Virus record (IMG/VR): IMGVR_UViG_3300033990_000391
Location: 379-64,378 of that record
Reading direction: 5' to 3' (one strand)
From: a virus
Lineage: Duplodnaviria; Caudoviricetes
DNA: 64,000 nucleotides
Of this stretch, positions 30,184-41,152 are shown one piece after another. Position 1 is the stretch's first letter; the number at the start of each line of letters is the position of its first letter. The notes beneath the pieces were generated by a model. It made no database searches. It was not told where the DNA came from and was given only the letters and a program-made list of their open reading frames with translations. Position numbers and translations under genes: made by a program.

Positions 30184-31947
30184 TCATCCCGTAATACTGA
30201 TCTGGGTAGGCGAGATGTTCAATTGGATTGTCACAAAACGGGTTTGACCGACAAACATGACTTGTGCGGTCAACGCCCACGCTTGTGACACCGGATTATA
30301 TACCGCCGTCAAAGATAACGGTTGCCAACTAATTAGCAAATTCAGCGCGATGGCTTGATTCAACACTTTTTTCAAAGCATTTAACAATGACGCACCTTCT
30401 GATCCATTGGTGACCTGCCCGACGAACGAATCAAGCCCCTTAATCAGATTGAGATTCAATTGTTGACCGATGGCGACCTGTTGATTGTATACATTGGTCG
30501 GATTGTTGTCGTTATTCCAGGTTGTGAGATCAGAAATCACGACTGGAAGGTTGGTAGCCCGACTCAAATTGACTACCATAACTCCGGCCTGTTGAAGCGA
30601 ATTGATGGTGGAAGTACTTAAATTAGTACCCACTCCAACCGCATTCAATTGTTTGTTCGTCATGGGGGTGAATGGAGGATTGCCCTGCATCATTCCCGCA
30701 ACTGAGGCAGCCGTATAGAGCCCGGAATAGAGTGTAGGAAGGTTGGTCGTCTGACTAACCTGATAAATTTCGTTAAATACCAGACTGGTTTCACGACTGT
30801 TGAATTGAAGAGCCAAAGAAATGGCTTGTGCGGGTGTGGCTCCAGTATTCAAACCCGTAATGAATCGACGGGGCATCCCGTTGACGGGCAATGAAGCCTG
30901 ACGGGCATGCTGCACTCCCAACACTTGTATATTCAACGCATTGTTGTCTATGAACACGATGGAGGCTGGTATAGAGAAGGCCGTTGTCAGGGCACTTGCA
31001 TAATCAGATACAACAGGAACTTCGGTGGTTGCTCCCGAAAACAGGACGTTGGGTGTAATCTGATAGGTTATCGGAGTATTTGGGGTGGCCGTCGATGCCA
31101 GAGCCGCCGTAGCGTATGTCTGGGCAAAATTATTGATCCAGTAAATTACATCTCCCAGAGTAGCCGTAACATTAATGTAAGTATAGGTCGTGATTCCAGC
31201 GGAGATAACCGGAACCGGAAGCGCGACTGCCGAAACAAAATCCAGACCGGTCGTATTTAACTGACCGGAAGTGCTGGAAATGACCGAAGCGGAATAAACT
31301 CCCGTAGCATTGATGAAATTGACCAGTGAGGTCACTGTCGGGAATGAGCTTAACGGGAGAACATAGGATTCCCCGCTGTTCGGACTGGTCAATTCAAACT
31401 CTGTCGCCGAGATCGTATAAGATACGCCACTTACAGCCGTTCCGGTGTAAGCTAATTGAAACGGTACTCCAAGGTTGTATCCGGTGATCGTCGATTTGGC
31501 GTATCCATCTGATAGCAATAAGTTGATACCTGGAGATACACTTCCGGCAGCAACGCCAAAACTGAGCAGATTGGAAGGAATTCCATAATCCGTTGAAGTC
31601 AGATCAATCAGATTGATCCCTCCCGTTGATGTTATAACAGAACTTGATTGGGTAGAATCAGATGCGTTGATATATATTACAGTTGACGCTCCCGGAAGGG
31701 AACTTCCGCCGTTATATAGGAAATTGGCAAATGAAGCTGATGGAGATCCCCGCATGACTTGCTGGAGTTGAGAGGCGGAATAGGTAGTAATGGCCGTATA
31801 CGGCGCTCCCCCAAACCCGTAAGCAATGAAAATTAACGGGTTCTGAACATTCGTACCGGCAGCAACTGGAGCATTCGACGTTTGGTTGGAATAAACGCCG
31901 GGCAAAACCAGAGTTTCGTTAGCAAACTGAACGTTTTCGGACGGCAT
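30184..31947 (-). CDS. Tail sheath protein
   Basis: N-terminal LPGVY, TSTDYG, AASVAG....PMTNK, LQQAGV, DLTT. Confidence 0.9.
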   Translation of the reverse strand: MPSENVQFANETLVLPGVYSNQTSNAPVAAGTNVQNPLIFIAYGFGGAPYTAITTYSASQLQQVMRGSPSASFANFLYNGGSSLPGASTVIYINASDSTQSSSVITSTGGINLIDLTSTDYGIPSNLLSFGVAAGSVSPGINLLLSDGYAKSTITGYNLGVPFQLAYTGTAVSGVSYTISATEFELTSPNSGESYVLPLSSFPTVTSLVNFINATGVYSASVISSTSGQLNTTGLDFVSAVALPVPVISAGITTYTYINVTATLGDVIYWINNFAQTYATAALASTATPNTPITYQITPNVLFSGATTEVPVVSDYASALTTAFSIPASIVFIDNNALNIQVLGVQHARQASLPVNGMPRRFITGLNTGATPAQAISLALQFNSRETSLVFNEIYQVSQTTNLPTLYSGLYTAASVAGMMQGNPPFTPMTNKQLNAVGVGTNLSTSTINSLQQAGVMVVNLSRATNLPVVISDLTTWNNDNNPTNVYNQQVAIGQQLNLNLIKGLDSFVGQVTNGSEGASLLNALKKVLNQAIALNLLISWQPLSLTAVYNPVSQAWALTAQVMFVGQTRFVTIQLNISPTQISITG

Positions 31948-32022
31948 CCCTTTTCGCTCGCTAAAGAATTAAACCAAAGTCTATCCTAACATGTATTGCT
32001 CATATTCCATAGGAAGAGATAA

Positions 32023-32907
32023 TTATTTGACCGGAATCTCAACCGTTGTTACCCCATTGAGACTGATAGTGATCTGTTGGATCGTTCCGATGTTCTGGTA
32101 GGTAGCTGTAATATCCAGGGGGCCTTTGAAATCGAACTGGATTTGGGCCCAATAACGATTGGGAGAACGATCCTCGCTTGCGGATGCCCCCTGTGTAGAT
32201 TGGAACTGTACACTTATATTTTGCTGTAAATTCAATGAGTTGAACAAATCCGTCAGGGATGAGATCAGGACGGCGATACAGGCATCGTGATAGTAATTCA
32301 ATGTGTTGGAATCCAGGGCTTCCACCAGAAGCGAAAACCGGCGCAAAGTGAGCATCGGCATCGTGTGTGTGCTGGAAAGCGGATTGAACGCTTGAGTCAG
32401 GCCAATGGGAATTTCCTGCATTTGTAACAGTTCTTGATTGACGAACACAAATGGGAGAGATTCCATGATTTGTCCAGTCGGCAATACCTGCATGACTTCA
32501 GCCCTGCGAATCCCGATTGGGAGGACCAGAGCATCAATTCCCGCCTGAAGCATCCGGGTGATGTAGTACGTCATCTGATCCCAGGTGAGCGTAATTTGCT
32601 GGTAGGGTGTTTGAGCAGAAGTTTGGGCGGATCCGGTATTATCGGTTATCTGGTAAATATATGATGTGGAAAAATCCAGATGGGTATCGAGAAATTGGCC
32701 GGACGGACCCGGCTGTAGTTCTCCGAGATCGACGAACAATCCAAAACCATCTTTGAGCGGCGAAACCGTCTGATAGAGAGTGGTCCAGGTGGTTCCCCCA
32801 TCCGCGCTGCGCTGAAGTTCGACTGTGCCTGCAACTGTTGAAGTAGACACGTAATTGATTACAAATCCGCCTCCTACGATCAGTGGTTTAGCCGATATGG
32901 TGGGCAT
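32023..32907 (-). CDS. Tail completion/terminator-like protein
   Basis: Position before the sheath gene; family inferred from synteny only. Confidence 0.55.
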   Translation of the reverse strand: MPTISAKPLIVGGGFVINYVSTSTVAGTVELQRSADGGTTWTTLYQTVSPLKDGFGLFVDLGELQPGPSGQFLDTHLDFSTSYIYQITDNTGSAQTSAQTPYQQITLTWDQMTYYITRMLQAGIDALVLPIGIRRAEVMQVLPTGQIMESLPFVFVNQELLQMQEIPIGLTQAFNPLSSTHTMPMLTLRRFSLLVEALDSNTLNYYHDACIAVLISSLTDLFNSLNLQQNISVQFQSTQGASASEDRSPNRYWAQIQFDFKGPLDITATYQNIGTIQQITISLNGVTTVEIPVK

Positions 32908-33454
32908 TGCGACTCGCTATTTTGGAAAGTTCATAAGCCGGGCGCATCGCACGCATACCCGGCACCTGCCAGACTCCCTGCGCTATGTTTTTTTGTGTGA
33001 TGGTCCTGAAGTTTGTTTTTCCGCTGGGCAAAAGATAAATCTTTCCCCCACTTTTACCAGAAATCTTGGGGGAGGATCGGGAGCCCTGACGGGAAATGCT
33101 GGAAATGGTGCCCCCGTGTGGGCGTTTTACGGAATTCTCCGGATTTGGCATCGGTATGACCCGACTGGGTTTCCCACGCAACATTTTCGCTCCGATATTG
33201 AAACCGTCGTATCCTGTATCAAAAACTCCGGCATAGGGCGCTATGGAGGGATCCGACTCGATCAGATAACCCAACGGGGATTCGCGCTTCAAATTTATGG
33301 ATTTCGCATAAGAAAAAGATATAGGTTTCAATGACTTACCACCCAATGACTCATTGCCAAGGGCAAAGTTGACCCAGCGAACAAAAGTGTCCATGGCCAG
33401 CTTGTCAAGCTGTTCTGGAGGCAAATCCGTATGAACTTCGTAAGTGATCGACAT
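32888..33454 (-). CDS. Neck/tail-completion protein
   Basis: FRT......W..PG motif seen in myovirus neck proteins; synteny. Confidence 0.55.
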   Translation of the reverse strand: MSITYEVHTDLPPEQLDKLAMDTFVRWVNFALGNESLGGKSLKPISFSYAKSINLKRESPLGYLIESDPSIAPYAGVFDTGYDGFNIGAKMLRGKPSRVIPMPNPENSVKRPHGGTISSISRQGSRSSPKISGKSGGKIYLLPSGKTNFRTITQKNIAQGVWQVPGMRAMRPAYELSKIASRNAHHIG

Positions 33455-33505
33455 AATCACAAGATAGCACAAAACACACCATTTTCCGCATTACCGGTTC
33501 TCCGG

Positions 33506-33534
33506 TTGCATTTGGTTGTAAAACGTGATAGAAT
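33506..33534 (+). promoter_or_regulatory. Promoter for the lysis cassette
   Basis: TTGCAT, 17 bp spacer, TAGAAT with TGn extension. Confidence 0.6.
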
Positions 33535-33562
33535 GAGTTAATGTCAAACAGTGGAGATAACC

Positions 33563-33976
33563 ATGTGGATTAATAAAGAACTAACCCCATCGGGAAAGTT
33601 TCTTGTTTTGGGTTTCTCCGCTCTTTTTTATTATTTTTATCTGACCGCCGTATTAGCGGAGGCGGTCGTGTTCGGGATCGTCTTGGGGGCCTATCTTCAT
33701 AATTACTTGATTGGCATTGGAATCTTGCTTGCAGGCGTGTGTTTTAGCTTTTTTCCTGTAATTCGTTTGTTAATGCATTGGACATTTTTTGCCTTTATAC
33801 TTCTGTTGGCGTTTTATTTGATAAGGCACATAAATTCCGCGCAAATTGTTTGGGTTTCTTTGATTATCATGCTTCCTGCCATATTCCTGTTGTCGATCAA
33901 TTATGGATTTTTTATCCGCGTTCCCCATCTCATTGCGCAAAATGCAAAAGGAACCCTGTTGAAGCAAAACCAATGA
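33563..33976 (+). CDS. Multi-pass membrane protein
   Basis: Four hydrophobic segments; GGAG RBS. Confidence 0.7.
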   Translation: MWINKELTPSGKFLVLGFSALFYYFYLTAVLAEAVVFGIVLGAYLHNYLIGIGILLAGVCFSFFPVIRLLMHWTFFAFILLLAFYLIRHINSAQIVWVSLIIMLPAIFLLSINYGFFIRVPHLIAQNAKGTLLKQNQ

Positions 33977-34287
33977 ATTCAAGCATTGTTTTAATCGTAA
34001 TTTCCGGTTTGCTGGCACTATTGGCTGGAATCATGGGTCTGATCGCTTTTGAAACCGAGGGCATTAAACGTATTTGGGCACTCGTTTCGTCTGCCCTGAA
34101 AAACAAACAGTTGGATGCAATCATCATCGGATTGGCGGGAGCCGCCACATTTATTTTTAGCGCGATCCGTTCCGTGGCCAGCAATCCCGCCAATTGGCAT
34201 CCCCAAGCTTTCGGAATCGGATTCGGGGCGATGGCCAGTGGTTTGGGTGTATTATTCAAATTCCGTAGTAACGGGGAGAATCATTGA
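33973..34287 (+). CDS. Putative holin
   Basis: 104 aa with three TM segments, directly upstream of the spanins. Confidence 0.6.
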   Translation: MNSSIVLIVISGLLALLAGIMGLIAFETEGIKRIWALVSSALKNKQLDAIIIGLAGAATFIFSAIRSVASNPANWHPQAFGIGFGAMASGLGVLFKFRSNGENH

Positions 34288-34652
34288 TGTTCCTTACCCT
34301 TCTTCTTAAGTATTGGAAATACGTTCTCGGAGTTGCGATTTTGAGTGCTCTTGGAGCCATCATTCTCGTTCAGCACCTGGAACTGTCGTCTGCCCAGTCC
34401 AGTCTGGCCCACTGTCGCGCACAATCAGCCATTTTATCTTCTACCATTTTTGCGCAGAACGCGGCAATCCGAGCCGCTCACGCCGAACAAAAGATTTTGA
34501 GCCGTAAAGTGGCCCTAGCCGAACACGCAGCCAAACATATTGAGTTGGTCACAGTGACCAAAATAGAACGGATTAAAGCTATCCCTATCGGTCCATCTTG
34601 TAAGGATGCAATGAGTTTCTTGCGTAAGGAAGCGCTGAGGTTTCCCAAGTGA
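34287..34652 (+). CDS. Inner-membrane spanin (Rz-like)
   Basis: Single N-terminal TM, helical periplasmic domain with QNAAI, C-terminal Cys. Confidence 0.8.
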   Translation: MFLTLLLKYWKYVLGVAILSALGAIILVQHLELSSAQSSLAHCRAQSAILSSTIFAQNAAIRAAHAEQKILSRKVALAEHAAKHIELVTVTKIERIKAIPIGPSCKDAMSFLRKEALRFPK

Positions 34653-34915
34653 AGTCCGCGTTCGTTCTCGCATTTGTGGCACTCGCGGGATGTGCAACTA
34701 CAATTCCCATGCCAAAAACGGTGGATATTCCCGTTCCGGTCAAGTGTAACGTGTTGATCCCACCACTTCCCACATTGACTCTATCATCCCTAACACAAAA
34801 GAGTTCTGATTCGGCTATTGCGCGAGCGTATGTTGAATCTCTCGTGACTTTATCATCGGATGATCATGTAGTGAGAACACTATTGGCCGCCTGTATCTCG
34901 CCCACAATCAAATGA
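34649..34915 (+). CDS. Outer-membrane spanin lipoprotein (Rz1-like)
   Basis: Lipobox LAGC, Pro-rich V.IPVPVKC, terminal AC. Confidence 0.85.
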   Translation: MKSAFVLAFVALAGCATTIPMPKTVDIPVPVKCNVLIPPLPTLTLSSLTQKSSDSAIARAYVESLVTLSSDDHVVRTLLAACISPTIK

Positions 34916-34972
34916 AGTTATATTTTACGTGCCAAAAGTAATCCCATGGAACTACAAACGGCGCGTAAAATG

Positions 34973-35761
34973 TTACGGTAACGCTCCGCCCAATCCTCCG
35001 GCCTGAGTACGTTCCCACACATCGAGCAGTTGCAGTTCAAATCTGCGCGGATAGTTGACTTGATTCTGAATGAATGGACGTACTTGAGGCATACCTCCGT
35101 GTTCTTGATACGCTATGTAAATCGGATAAGCGGTGTACTCCACTACATAACTGGTTCCGGTCGCATATCCTGTTAATGTGACCGATGCACCGTCTACGGT
35201 AACTGCACTGGACGGTATCGGAGAAGAAGTCTGCGTGAGAGAATTATAAACCAGGACATTATCAACATTGACCGTTACATTGACATTATAGGGAAGCGTG
35301 GTTCTACCCCCGACACGCAAAACGCTGTTGAAACGAACTGCCGATCCTGTTTCTACAAAAGCGTCCATGGCCGACGCTTCCGAATACAGGGGTTGAATGG
35401 CTCCTGGAATCGTCAAGATTGGCTTTCCTGATATTCTGAATCCTTCCTCTTTTTGTACCGACGCTCCCGGAATGACGTTGGCATACATGAATGTCAACAA
35501 AACCCCAAACGGACCTTGTGCAGCATCCCAGAAATATCCCCTTCCCCCGCAGGTCTGACAGTTCGGGAGCGGACTTCCGGTAATTGGATAATTCATGCCT
35601 GAAGGATTTACGTGCTGATAAACACAGGGACAAGTGTGAGATTTTTGCCAGAACATTTCCACCCCATACCGGGAAATTAAATCGTCCATCGACTGCTCGG
35701 GAAAGTCGTAGATTTGGGGGGGAGTATCCAGATTATAAAAATAGGGATTGGGGGTAGACAT
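34973..35761 (-). CDS. Neck/head-closure protein
   Basis: W.K...CPC...C..C.GRG motif as in SPO1/Twort-like neck proteins. Confidence 0.7.
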   Translation of the reverse strand: MSTPNPYFYNLDTPPQIYDFPEQSMDDLISRYGVEMFWQKSHTCPCVYQHVNPSGMNYPITGSPLPNCQTCGGRGYFWDAAQGPFGVLLTFMYANVIPGASVQKEEGFRISGKPILTIPGAIQPLYSEASAMDAFVETGSAVRFNSVLRVGGRTTLPYNVNVTVNVDNVLVYNSLTQTSSPIPSSAVTVDGASVTLTGYATGTSYVVEYTAYPIYIAYQEHGGMPQVRPFIQNQVNYPRRFELQLLDVWERTQAGGLGGALP

Positions 35762-36762
35762 CAGAGAAACTCGACATCCGGCCCCGCAACCAGATCAATC
35801 AGTTTGTGTGTGAGCGAGGTGATCCGTTCGTTAAAGGACGCGATCAAACCCGCATAAGGAGCCATATTATATTTTACCGAATGCATCAATCCATCCACTT
35901 CGGTCTTTCTTTCTATCGCACCCACATTGAGCGTTCCCTGCACGATGCTCAGGGCATTCACGACCGCTTTATAAGCAACAAGCTGCTTCACAAAACTGTA
36001 TTCGTTTTGGTATGCCGGGGGATTCAGTCCGGCTTCATAAACCATGTGCATCCCGCCAGGAATGCTCTCGGCAAATCCGAGTAACGCAATCTGCATGCTG
36101 AACAGCGGTAACATCTGGATGTTCTGGGATGGAACCACATTAGCCATGCCCATCTTGCGATTCTCGACCAACCAATAGGTCGGGATCCTGAAGAACTGGT
36201 TCAATAACGGATAGATATACGTCAAATTCTTGATCGAAGTAAAGTTTTCTTCGGCTACATTGGCATCCAGAGGTTCGGTCAACGGACGATGATACGCCTG
36301 TATAACTCCCCATCCTTCGTCAACAAATCGTTTATAATCAAATACATACGGAGTTTCTGGAATGTCGTAGTTCACTCCCAGAAGTTGCGCGCCCCCCAAC
36401 AGTCCGGCAGCATCCGCTGCGGCGGACAGGTGTTCCGGAGGAGCGGCGACCGTAGTAGGTGCCAGAAGAACTCCCGTTTCCTGTTCTACCTCATCTTCAG
36501 CCTGACGAATCAGATTTATCAGAAATTCGGTGGCTAGCGGTACGGGAGTGAGTCCCTGAAGCGTTAGGGGTACGCCAGCATAGTTTTGTACATCCTGGGG
36601 CATCAACCCCGTCTTGGTCAGTTGATCAACTCCGGTAACGTCAAATACCTGTTGGGAATACCCCAATACCACAGCAGGAGAAACAGTTGTGTTCCAATGC
36701 CACTTTGCGGAGGTCAAAATGGGATTGTTGAATATGCCATTGACCGTAAATTGAGGCATCAA
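35761..36762 (-). CDS. Head-tail adaptor/neck protein
   Basis: GL.P.DV, I.QA...VE, Y.AG, DG...S motifs; synteny after the capsid gene. Confidence 0.7.
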   Translation of the reverse strand: MMPQFTVNGIFNNPILTSAKWHWNTTVSPAVVLGYSQQVFDVTGVDQLTKTGLMPQDVQNYAGVPLTLQGLTPVPLATEFLINLIRQAEDEVEQETGVLLAPTTVAAPPEHLSAAADAAGLLGGAQLLGVNYDIPETPYVFDYKRFVDEGWGVIQAYHRPLTEPLDANVAEENFTSIKNLTYIYPLLNQFFRIPTYWLVENRKMGMANVVPSQNIQMLPLFSMQIALLGFAESIPGGMHMVYEAGLNPPAYQNEYSFVKQLVAYKAVVNALSIVQGTLNVGAIERKTEVDGLMHSVKYNMAPYAGLIASFNERITSLTHKLIDLVAGPDVEFL

Positions 36763-37211
36763 TTATCTTCTAAACTGGATGGGGCAATCCGGGTGCGAAA
36801 CTTCTCCTTGTTGCTGCGTCTCTTGATCGGCATTCCGAGAGAATCCAGATCAACATCGTCATCCTTTTTCTTCTTGTTGTCTGCCGGGACAAAAGGTCTG
36901 GGTTCGGCAGTCGGAATGATCTGTTCCCAATGACCCTCGCCAGCCTTGGATTCCTTTGGGGGTTCGATTTCCTCTTTGGATTCCTTTGGGGGGGCTGCTT
37001 CGGGCAAAACGTTCGCAGCCATCAGGGTTACAAAAGGAATTTGTTGCATCTTTCGGATTTGATCCGTGTTCAGTTCGTCGCTGAAAAGACCCTTCATGTG
37101 CTTGAAAAAGCTTACCCCTCCAATCACATGAAACTTGTTGGGTAGATGTATTAATCGGAAGTATTCGGACGTTCCCGGTCTGATCTTGGCAATGAATTTC
37201 ATACGACTCAC
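36759..37211 (-). CDS. Hypothetical protein
   Basis: Coupled ORF with a charged tail and a PPKESK duplication. True start may be the ATG at 37202. Confidence 0.55.
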   Translation of the reverse strand: MSRMKFIAKIRPGTSEYFRLIHLPNKFHVIGGVSFFKHMKGLFSDELNTDQIRKMQQIPFVTLMAANVLPEAAPPKESKEEIEPPKESKAGEGHWEQIIPTAEPRPFVPADNKKKKDDDVDLDSLGMPIKRRSNKEKFRTRIAPSSLEDN

Positions 37212-37262
37212 CAGAAGCTAAAAACCAGATCATAACATTGTGATGCTAAAGTTCCACAACAT

Positions 37263-37298
37263 AAAAAACGGGGGGTACCAGGTGAGGAGTACCCCCCG
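37263..37298 (-). terminator. Intrinsic terminator after the major capsid gene
   Basis: 10-bp stem CGGGGGGTAC/GTACCCCCCG followed by T6 on the minus strand. Confidence 0.85.
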
Positions 37299-37339
37299 AT
37301 CCTCTAGAAATCAACACTAGAGGGAGGTTTCAACCAATC

Positions 37340-39139
37340 TTATTGTCGGGGTGCATTGGGATTATTACTCGAAAGCGGATTGAACTCAGGGGAGATCGGA
37401 ACCACGTTCGTAATAATACCATGGAACTTCGGAATGCGTACACGAGGAGCACCGATCGTTGCAACTGCCCACGGCATCAGCAAACTGTTTTGGAACAGAT
37501 TGATTCGGGACAAATTCAGCAGAAACCGGTAATCGAATGCATTATCCCCTTCATCCAGGTCAAGCATGAAGATCGACTCTGATCCCGGAATGTGCTGATT
37601 GAGGTCGTTAAAGGTCACCGCCGTAGTTCCATTCGCGGCCACCTCTCCAATGAACCGATACTGGTTCAATGCAGAAACATTCGTACCACCGGGGAAGGCA
37701 TAACCCAATCCAGCCCGGAATACACGGAAGGCAACAGCAGTAGAAGATGCTCCCGGATTAATGGTGAGCGCCACACTACCATCCGCCGCAACTGCCGGAG
37801 CATTTACAAACGATGCCGTAAACGCCGATCCGGTAACCGGAGTCTCGTTGCTGGAACTGTCCGCCGCAGCTACAAAATAAGAGTAGGCTCCGGCATACGC
37901 GCTGGTGAACAGACTTCCGGGGGTCGTTGCAGCAGTGAGGGCCACAACAGAAGCCGGGGGGGTAGCCACACCATTGGCAAGAGTTCCGCCGGACAACCGT
38001 ACAATCGACTGTAGAGGACGATTCCGTGCGGGAATCATGATGTCAATCTCGAATCCAATGATTCCAAACGTGGTCTGGATCCCGCGAATGTTGCCGTTGA
38101 CTACGATCGAACGACTCATCAACTCCGTAATTTGATTGATAACGTTATTAAGTTGGGTCGTAACCAAACTCTGTAACGTAGCCACTGTATAGGGACCCAT
38201 GAAGGCATGCGTGATCCGACCGAACCGTCCATAGTCGGAAACAGAGGCGGCTACGCTATAGATCAAATTGAAGATCGACTGAGGAACACTCAGACCCGCG
38301 TATGCAGAACCCTGAAACTCCGCGAAGGCGTTGAAAATGTTGGATGGAGCCTGGGTAGAAAGGGCCGCATAGAGTCCATTGGGCTGATTGTCATAAAGAG
38401 CGGCATTTCCGAAGAAACAGGCATAATCCACCGATTCCAGAATTGCAAGGGCTGCGTTGGCCGTCTCTTGCTCCATGATGTCCACAAAGCTGTTCTGGGC
38501 CGCCAGCGCGATACTGACTGCACGAGCGTCGTAGGCCAGTTTTAGCTCGATGTTTTCTAGCTCATAATCACCCGCGTTTGTCTGAAGCGGATTTAGTGCA
38601 GCATTCTGGAAACTCGAATAGGCCGCACCAGGAGCCGCCCCACCAGTAGATTCCACATAGGGCCAGTAATCGACAACCTGGTAAGCCGGAGTTTTACGCA
38701 ATGCTTGATAGAGCGTGAAAGAACGCGGACGAATCGTTCCACGCGCCATGTTCGTGTCCAAAGACACGAAACCAAGCGCCTGACCACCCGTGATCTGACT
38801 GAAGTCGGTAAGCGTACCAACATCCAGATCCGCTTTTGCGAAGTTACTAGGCAACGTCGCCTTTACCAAAGATGAGGGGAAGGATCCCGCAAGGGACGGA
38901 TTCCGCACACTACCCAACTGGGGCAGCGCATTGATGCAATCCATTTCACGGGCCATGGCCTTGGAAAGGGATCGTCCATGAGGATTGCTGGATTCAGTAC
39001 CCAGACCAGCCGCCAAATTCAACAGTACTTCTGCCGTATGTCCATGTCCGGCACTGTCCATACCCTTGACCTGATTCCAAATACGATTTAGGGCATGTAC
39101 CCGCTTGGATGAAATCTGAGCCTTTTCAAAAGCGTCCAT
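37340..39139 (-). CDS. Major capsid protein
   Basis: GGQAL..SLD, A.QVV, E..A..I...VDYACFFGNA, DEF-like QPNGL; follows protease and scaffold; strong terminator downstream. Confidence 0.88.
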   Translation of the reverse strand: MDAFEKAQISSKRVHALNRIWNQVKGMDSAGHGHTAEVLLNLAAGLGTESSNPHGRSLSKAMAREMDCINALPQLGSVRNPSLAGSFPSSLVKATLPSNFAKADLDVGTLTDFSQITGGQALGFVSLDTNMARGTIRPRSFTLYQALRKTPAYQVVDYWPYVESTGGAAPGAAYSSFQNAALNPLQTNAGDYELENIELKLAYDARAVSIALAAQNSFVDIMEQETANAALAILESVDYACFFGNAALYDNQPNGLYAALSTQAPSNIFNAFAEFQGSAYAGLSVPQSIFNLIYSVAASVSDYGRFGRITHAFMGPYTVATLQSLVTTQLNNVINQITELMSRSIVVNGNIRGIQTTFGIIGFEIDIMIPARNRPLQSIVRLSGGTLANGVATPPASVVALTAATTPGSLFTSAYAGAYSYFVAAADSSSNETPVTGSAFTASFVNAPAVAADGSVALTINPGASSTAVAFRVFRAGLGYAFPGGTNVSALNQYRFIGEVAANGTTAVTFNDLNQHIPGSESIFMLDLDEGDNAFDYRFLLNLSRINLFQNSLLMPWAVATIGAPRVRIPKFHGIITNVVPISPEFNPLSSNNPNAPRQ

Positions 39140-40149
39140 TAATTAGCCCCCGCTTCTTTCAAATAATTTAAAAACAGTTCCTGGGTTTCGGGATTGAAGG
39201 TGAACAACGCCTTATCAAACTCGCTCTTTGAAATGCTGCCTACAATTGAACTCATATAGTTTTTGTACAGGTATTCCAACTGGCCGTACATGGAACGATC
39301 CAGTTTGGCAGAATCCCGTGCGAGAAAACCAGACAGACGCGCAGCAATGTCTTTATCTCCCTTTACCGTCAAGTCGGGAAAACCTGAAAACGAAGGGGAG
39401 GTCTTACCTGAAGGAAGCGAAGCGACCTGCGATTCCAAATCACTGATCCGGGAAAGAGCCTTGTCAAGCGCTTTTTCCTTATCTTCCTCCTTATTGGCAA
39501 ACTTTCCATCAGTATCATGCCGCTTGTTTGCCTTACCCTCTTCCTGATGAGCCGCCTGATTGGTCAGTTTCTCATCTGATTCCTTGTCATTTTCAGACTT
39601 TCCGGTAAGAATACTCATGATCTTATGAAAGGCCTTTTCAGATTTCTCATCTTCCTCCTCTTTCTTCTCTTCTTTCTTCTCCTCTTTTTCACTCTCTGCT
39701 TTCTTACGGAAGGCTTTCAGAAGAGTACGAACGGCCTTTTCCATCTCTTCCTCTTCCTCTTCATCTTCCTCTTCTTTTTCTTTCGCCTTGCTTACATGTT
39801 CAAGAATGGCTGAAAGGGCAAGCTTCATCTCATCCCCATGTCGAGCCAGAGCCTTTCCAATGACGGATTCCAGTATCCGGGCCAGATCCCCAGTCTCTTC
39901 AACACGCACATTCTGCGGCTGCGGATGAGAATACAAACTCTCGGCATGACCAAGATCACCACCAGTTGCCGCCAGAGGTGGACCAGTTTTGATCTCTTCA
40001 CGGAAGGGGGCCCCACTCCCCGGAGCAAAAATGTCCCAAAAGTCTTTGATCTCTTTTGCCTCAAGAGCCTTGAAAAAAGCCCGTGACAGATCTTTAGGAC
40101 GTTGGGCATAGGCTTTCAGAATTTTTTCCAGTTCATCCACAGTGTTCAC
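39139..40149 (-). CDS. Scaffolding protein
   Basis: Highly charged Glu/Lys tracts with repeated KA/KS motifs; between protease and capsid genes. Confidence 0.75.
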   Translation of the reverse strand: MNTVDELEKILKAYAQRPKDLSRAFFKALEAKEIKDFWDIFAPGSGAPFREEIKTGPPLAATGGDLGHAESLYSHPQPQNVRVEETGDLARILESVIGKALARHGDEMKLALSAILEHVSKAKEKEEEDEEEEEEMEKAVRTLLKAFRKKAESEKEEKKEEKKEEEDEKSEKAFHKIMSILTGKSENDKESDEKLTNQAAHQEEGKANKRHDTDGKFANKEEDKEKALDKALSRISDLESQVASLPSGKTSPSFSGFPDLTVKGDKDIAARLSGFLARDSAKLDRSMYGQLEYLYKNYMSSIVGSISKSEFDKALFTFNPETQELFLNYLKEAGAN

Positions 40150-40219
40150 CCTCTAATGGGCCACGTTCAAAACGATAACTAACAATCTACCACGCAAATC
40201 AATTATTCCAAAGAGAACG

Positions 40220-41152
40220 TTATCCTGAATCAAATTTGGCAAATTCATATAGAGCGAAAGACAGGGTTTCGCACAGGTCTTTGGGAAAACCATAAAACTG
40301 TTCAATGATTTCCGCTACTAATTTGATTTTGACAAGACGAGGATAAGTCGCCAATGCCCTATAATTATCCATCATTCGTTCTCTTAAATTCTCGATTGCG
40401 CAAATCTTACAATACAGTTCTTCCAGAGAAGGAATGTTAAAAACAGAAAAGTTAGAGTCCGTAGAAGATGCGGCAATCCCCGAATCTCCCACATTTATAT
40501 CTACCGACGCACCCCCCTCACTTGCGGTGATTCCCAAACTGTCCATATCCTTCCTTACATAACTTTTTACAATTCGCATGGCATAATCCTCTGCTTTTAC
40601 AATGGTTGCATAACCCTCAATGGAATCATTAACCGGATGACGCGTAAACGCCAAAGAGGTCCAATTCATTTCTGAAATAAGAAAACGATCCGCGCCGCCG
40701 GACTCTTCCTTTACCTTGATGGGTTGACCAAAAATGGATGCCCGCCACTTCATTGGCGGATCGGTCGTCAAGCTGTTCCAGAACCAGTCATATAAGTTGT
40801 TTTTGATGTCAAAAGTTGAGGATTTGTAAATTCTGCCCTCGACGATGGTTCGCCCCTTTCCTCCGTCATAAACCCTAACAGGAACCCCGATCACGAAACG
40901 ATCGGGATTTTCTATCCCGTAACGATGTCCGATCTTTGACAGGTGATCAATGTCCAGATCCCCGCCTTCCAGAAAATCCTTGACCGTATCGGGATGAAGT
41001 AATGCAGATTGGAGGATTATGTCACCCTCTTTGTCTTTGGCCTCATTACTGGCCTCAACCCGAACGATCCGTTCTCCGGTCTTTGAAGTGTCCGCCTTTA
41101 CCGTGGCGGGTAGCTCGACAATCCACGAACTATCCAGACTTCCGGTAAACAT
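40220..41152 (-). CDS. Prohead protease
   Basis: AS.E..D.EG.II, DH, IG.P, ASIFG, AFT.HPVN. Confidence 0.85.
   Translation of the reverse strand: MFTGSLDSSWIVELPATVKADTSKTGERIVRVEASNEAKDKEGDIILQSALLHPDTVKDFLEGGDLDIDHLSKIGHRYGIENPDRFVIGVPVRVYDGGKGRTIVEGRIYKSSTFDIKNNLYDWFWNSLTTDPPMKWRASIFGQPIKVKEESGGADRFLISEMNWTSLAFTRHPVNDSIEGYATIVKAEDYAMRIVKSYVRKDMDSLGITASEGGASVDINVGDSGIAASSTDSNFSVFNIPSLEELYCKICAIENLRERMMDNYRALATYPRLVKIKLVAEIIEQFYGFPKDLCETLSFALYEFAKFDSG

Noticed and set aside
31975-40200. Phage-specific late promoter motif (TGnTAnnnT upstream of sheath, neck and scaffold genes)
   Set aside because: Indistinguishable by eye from an ordinary extended -10 element; too short to support.
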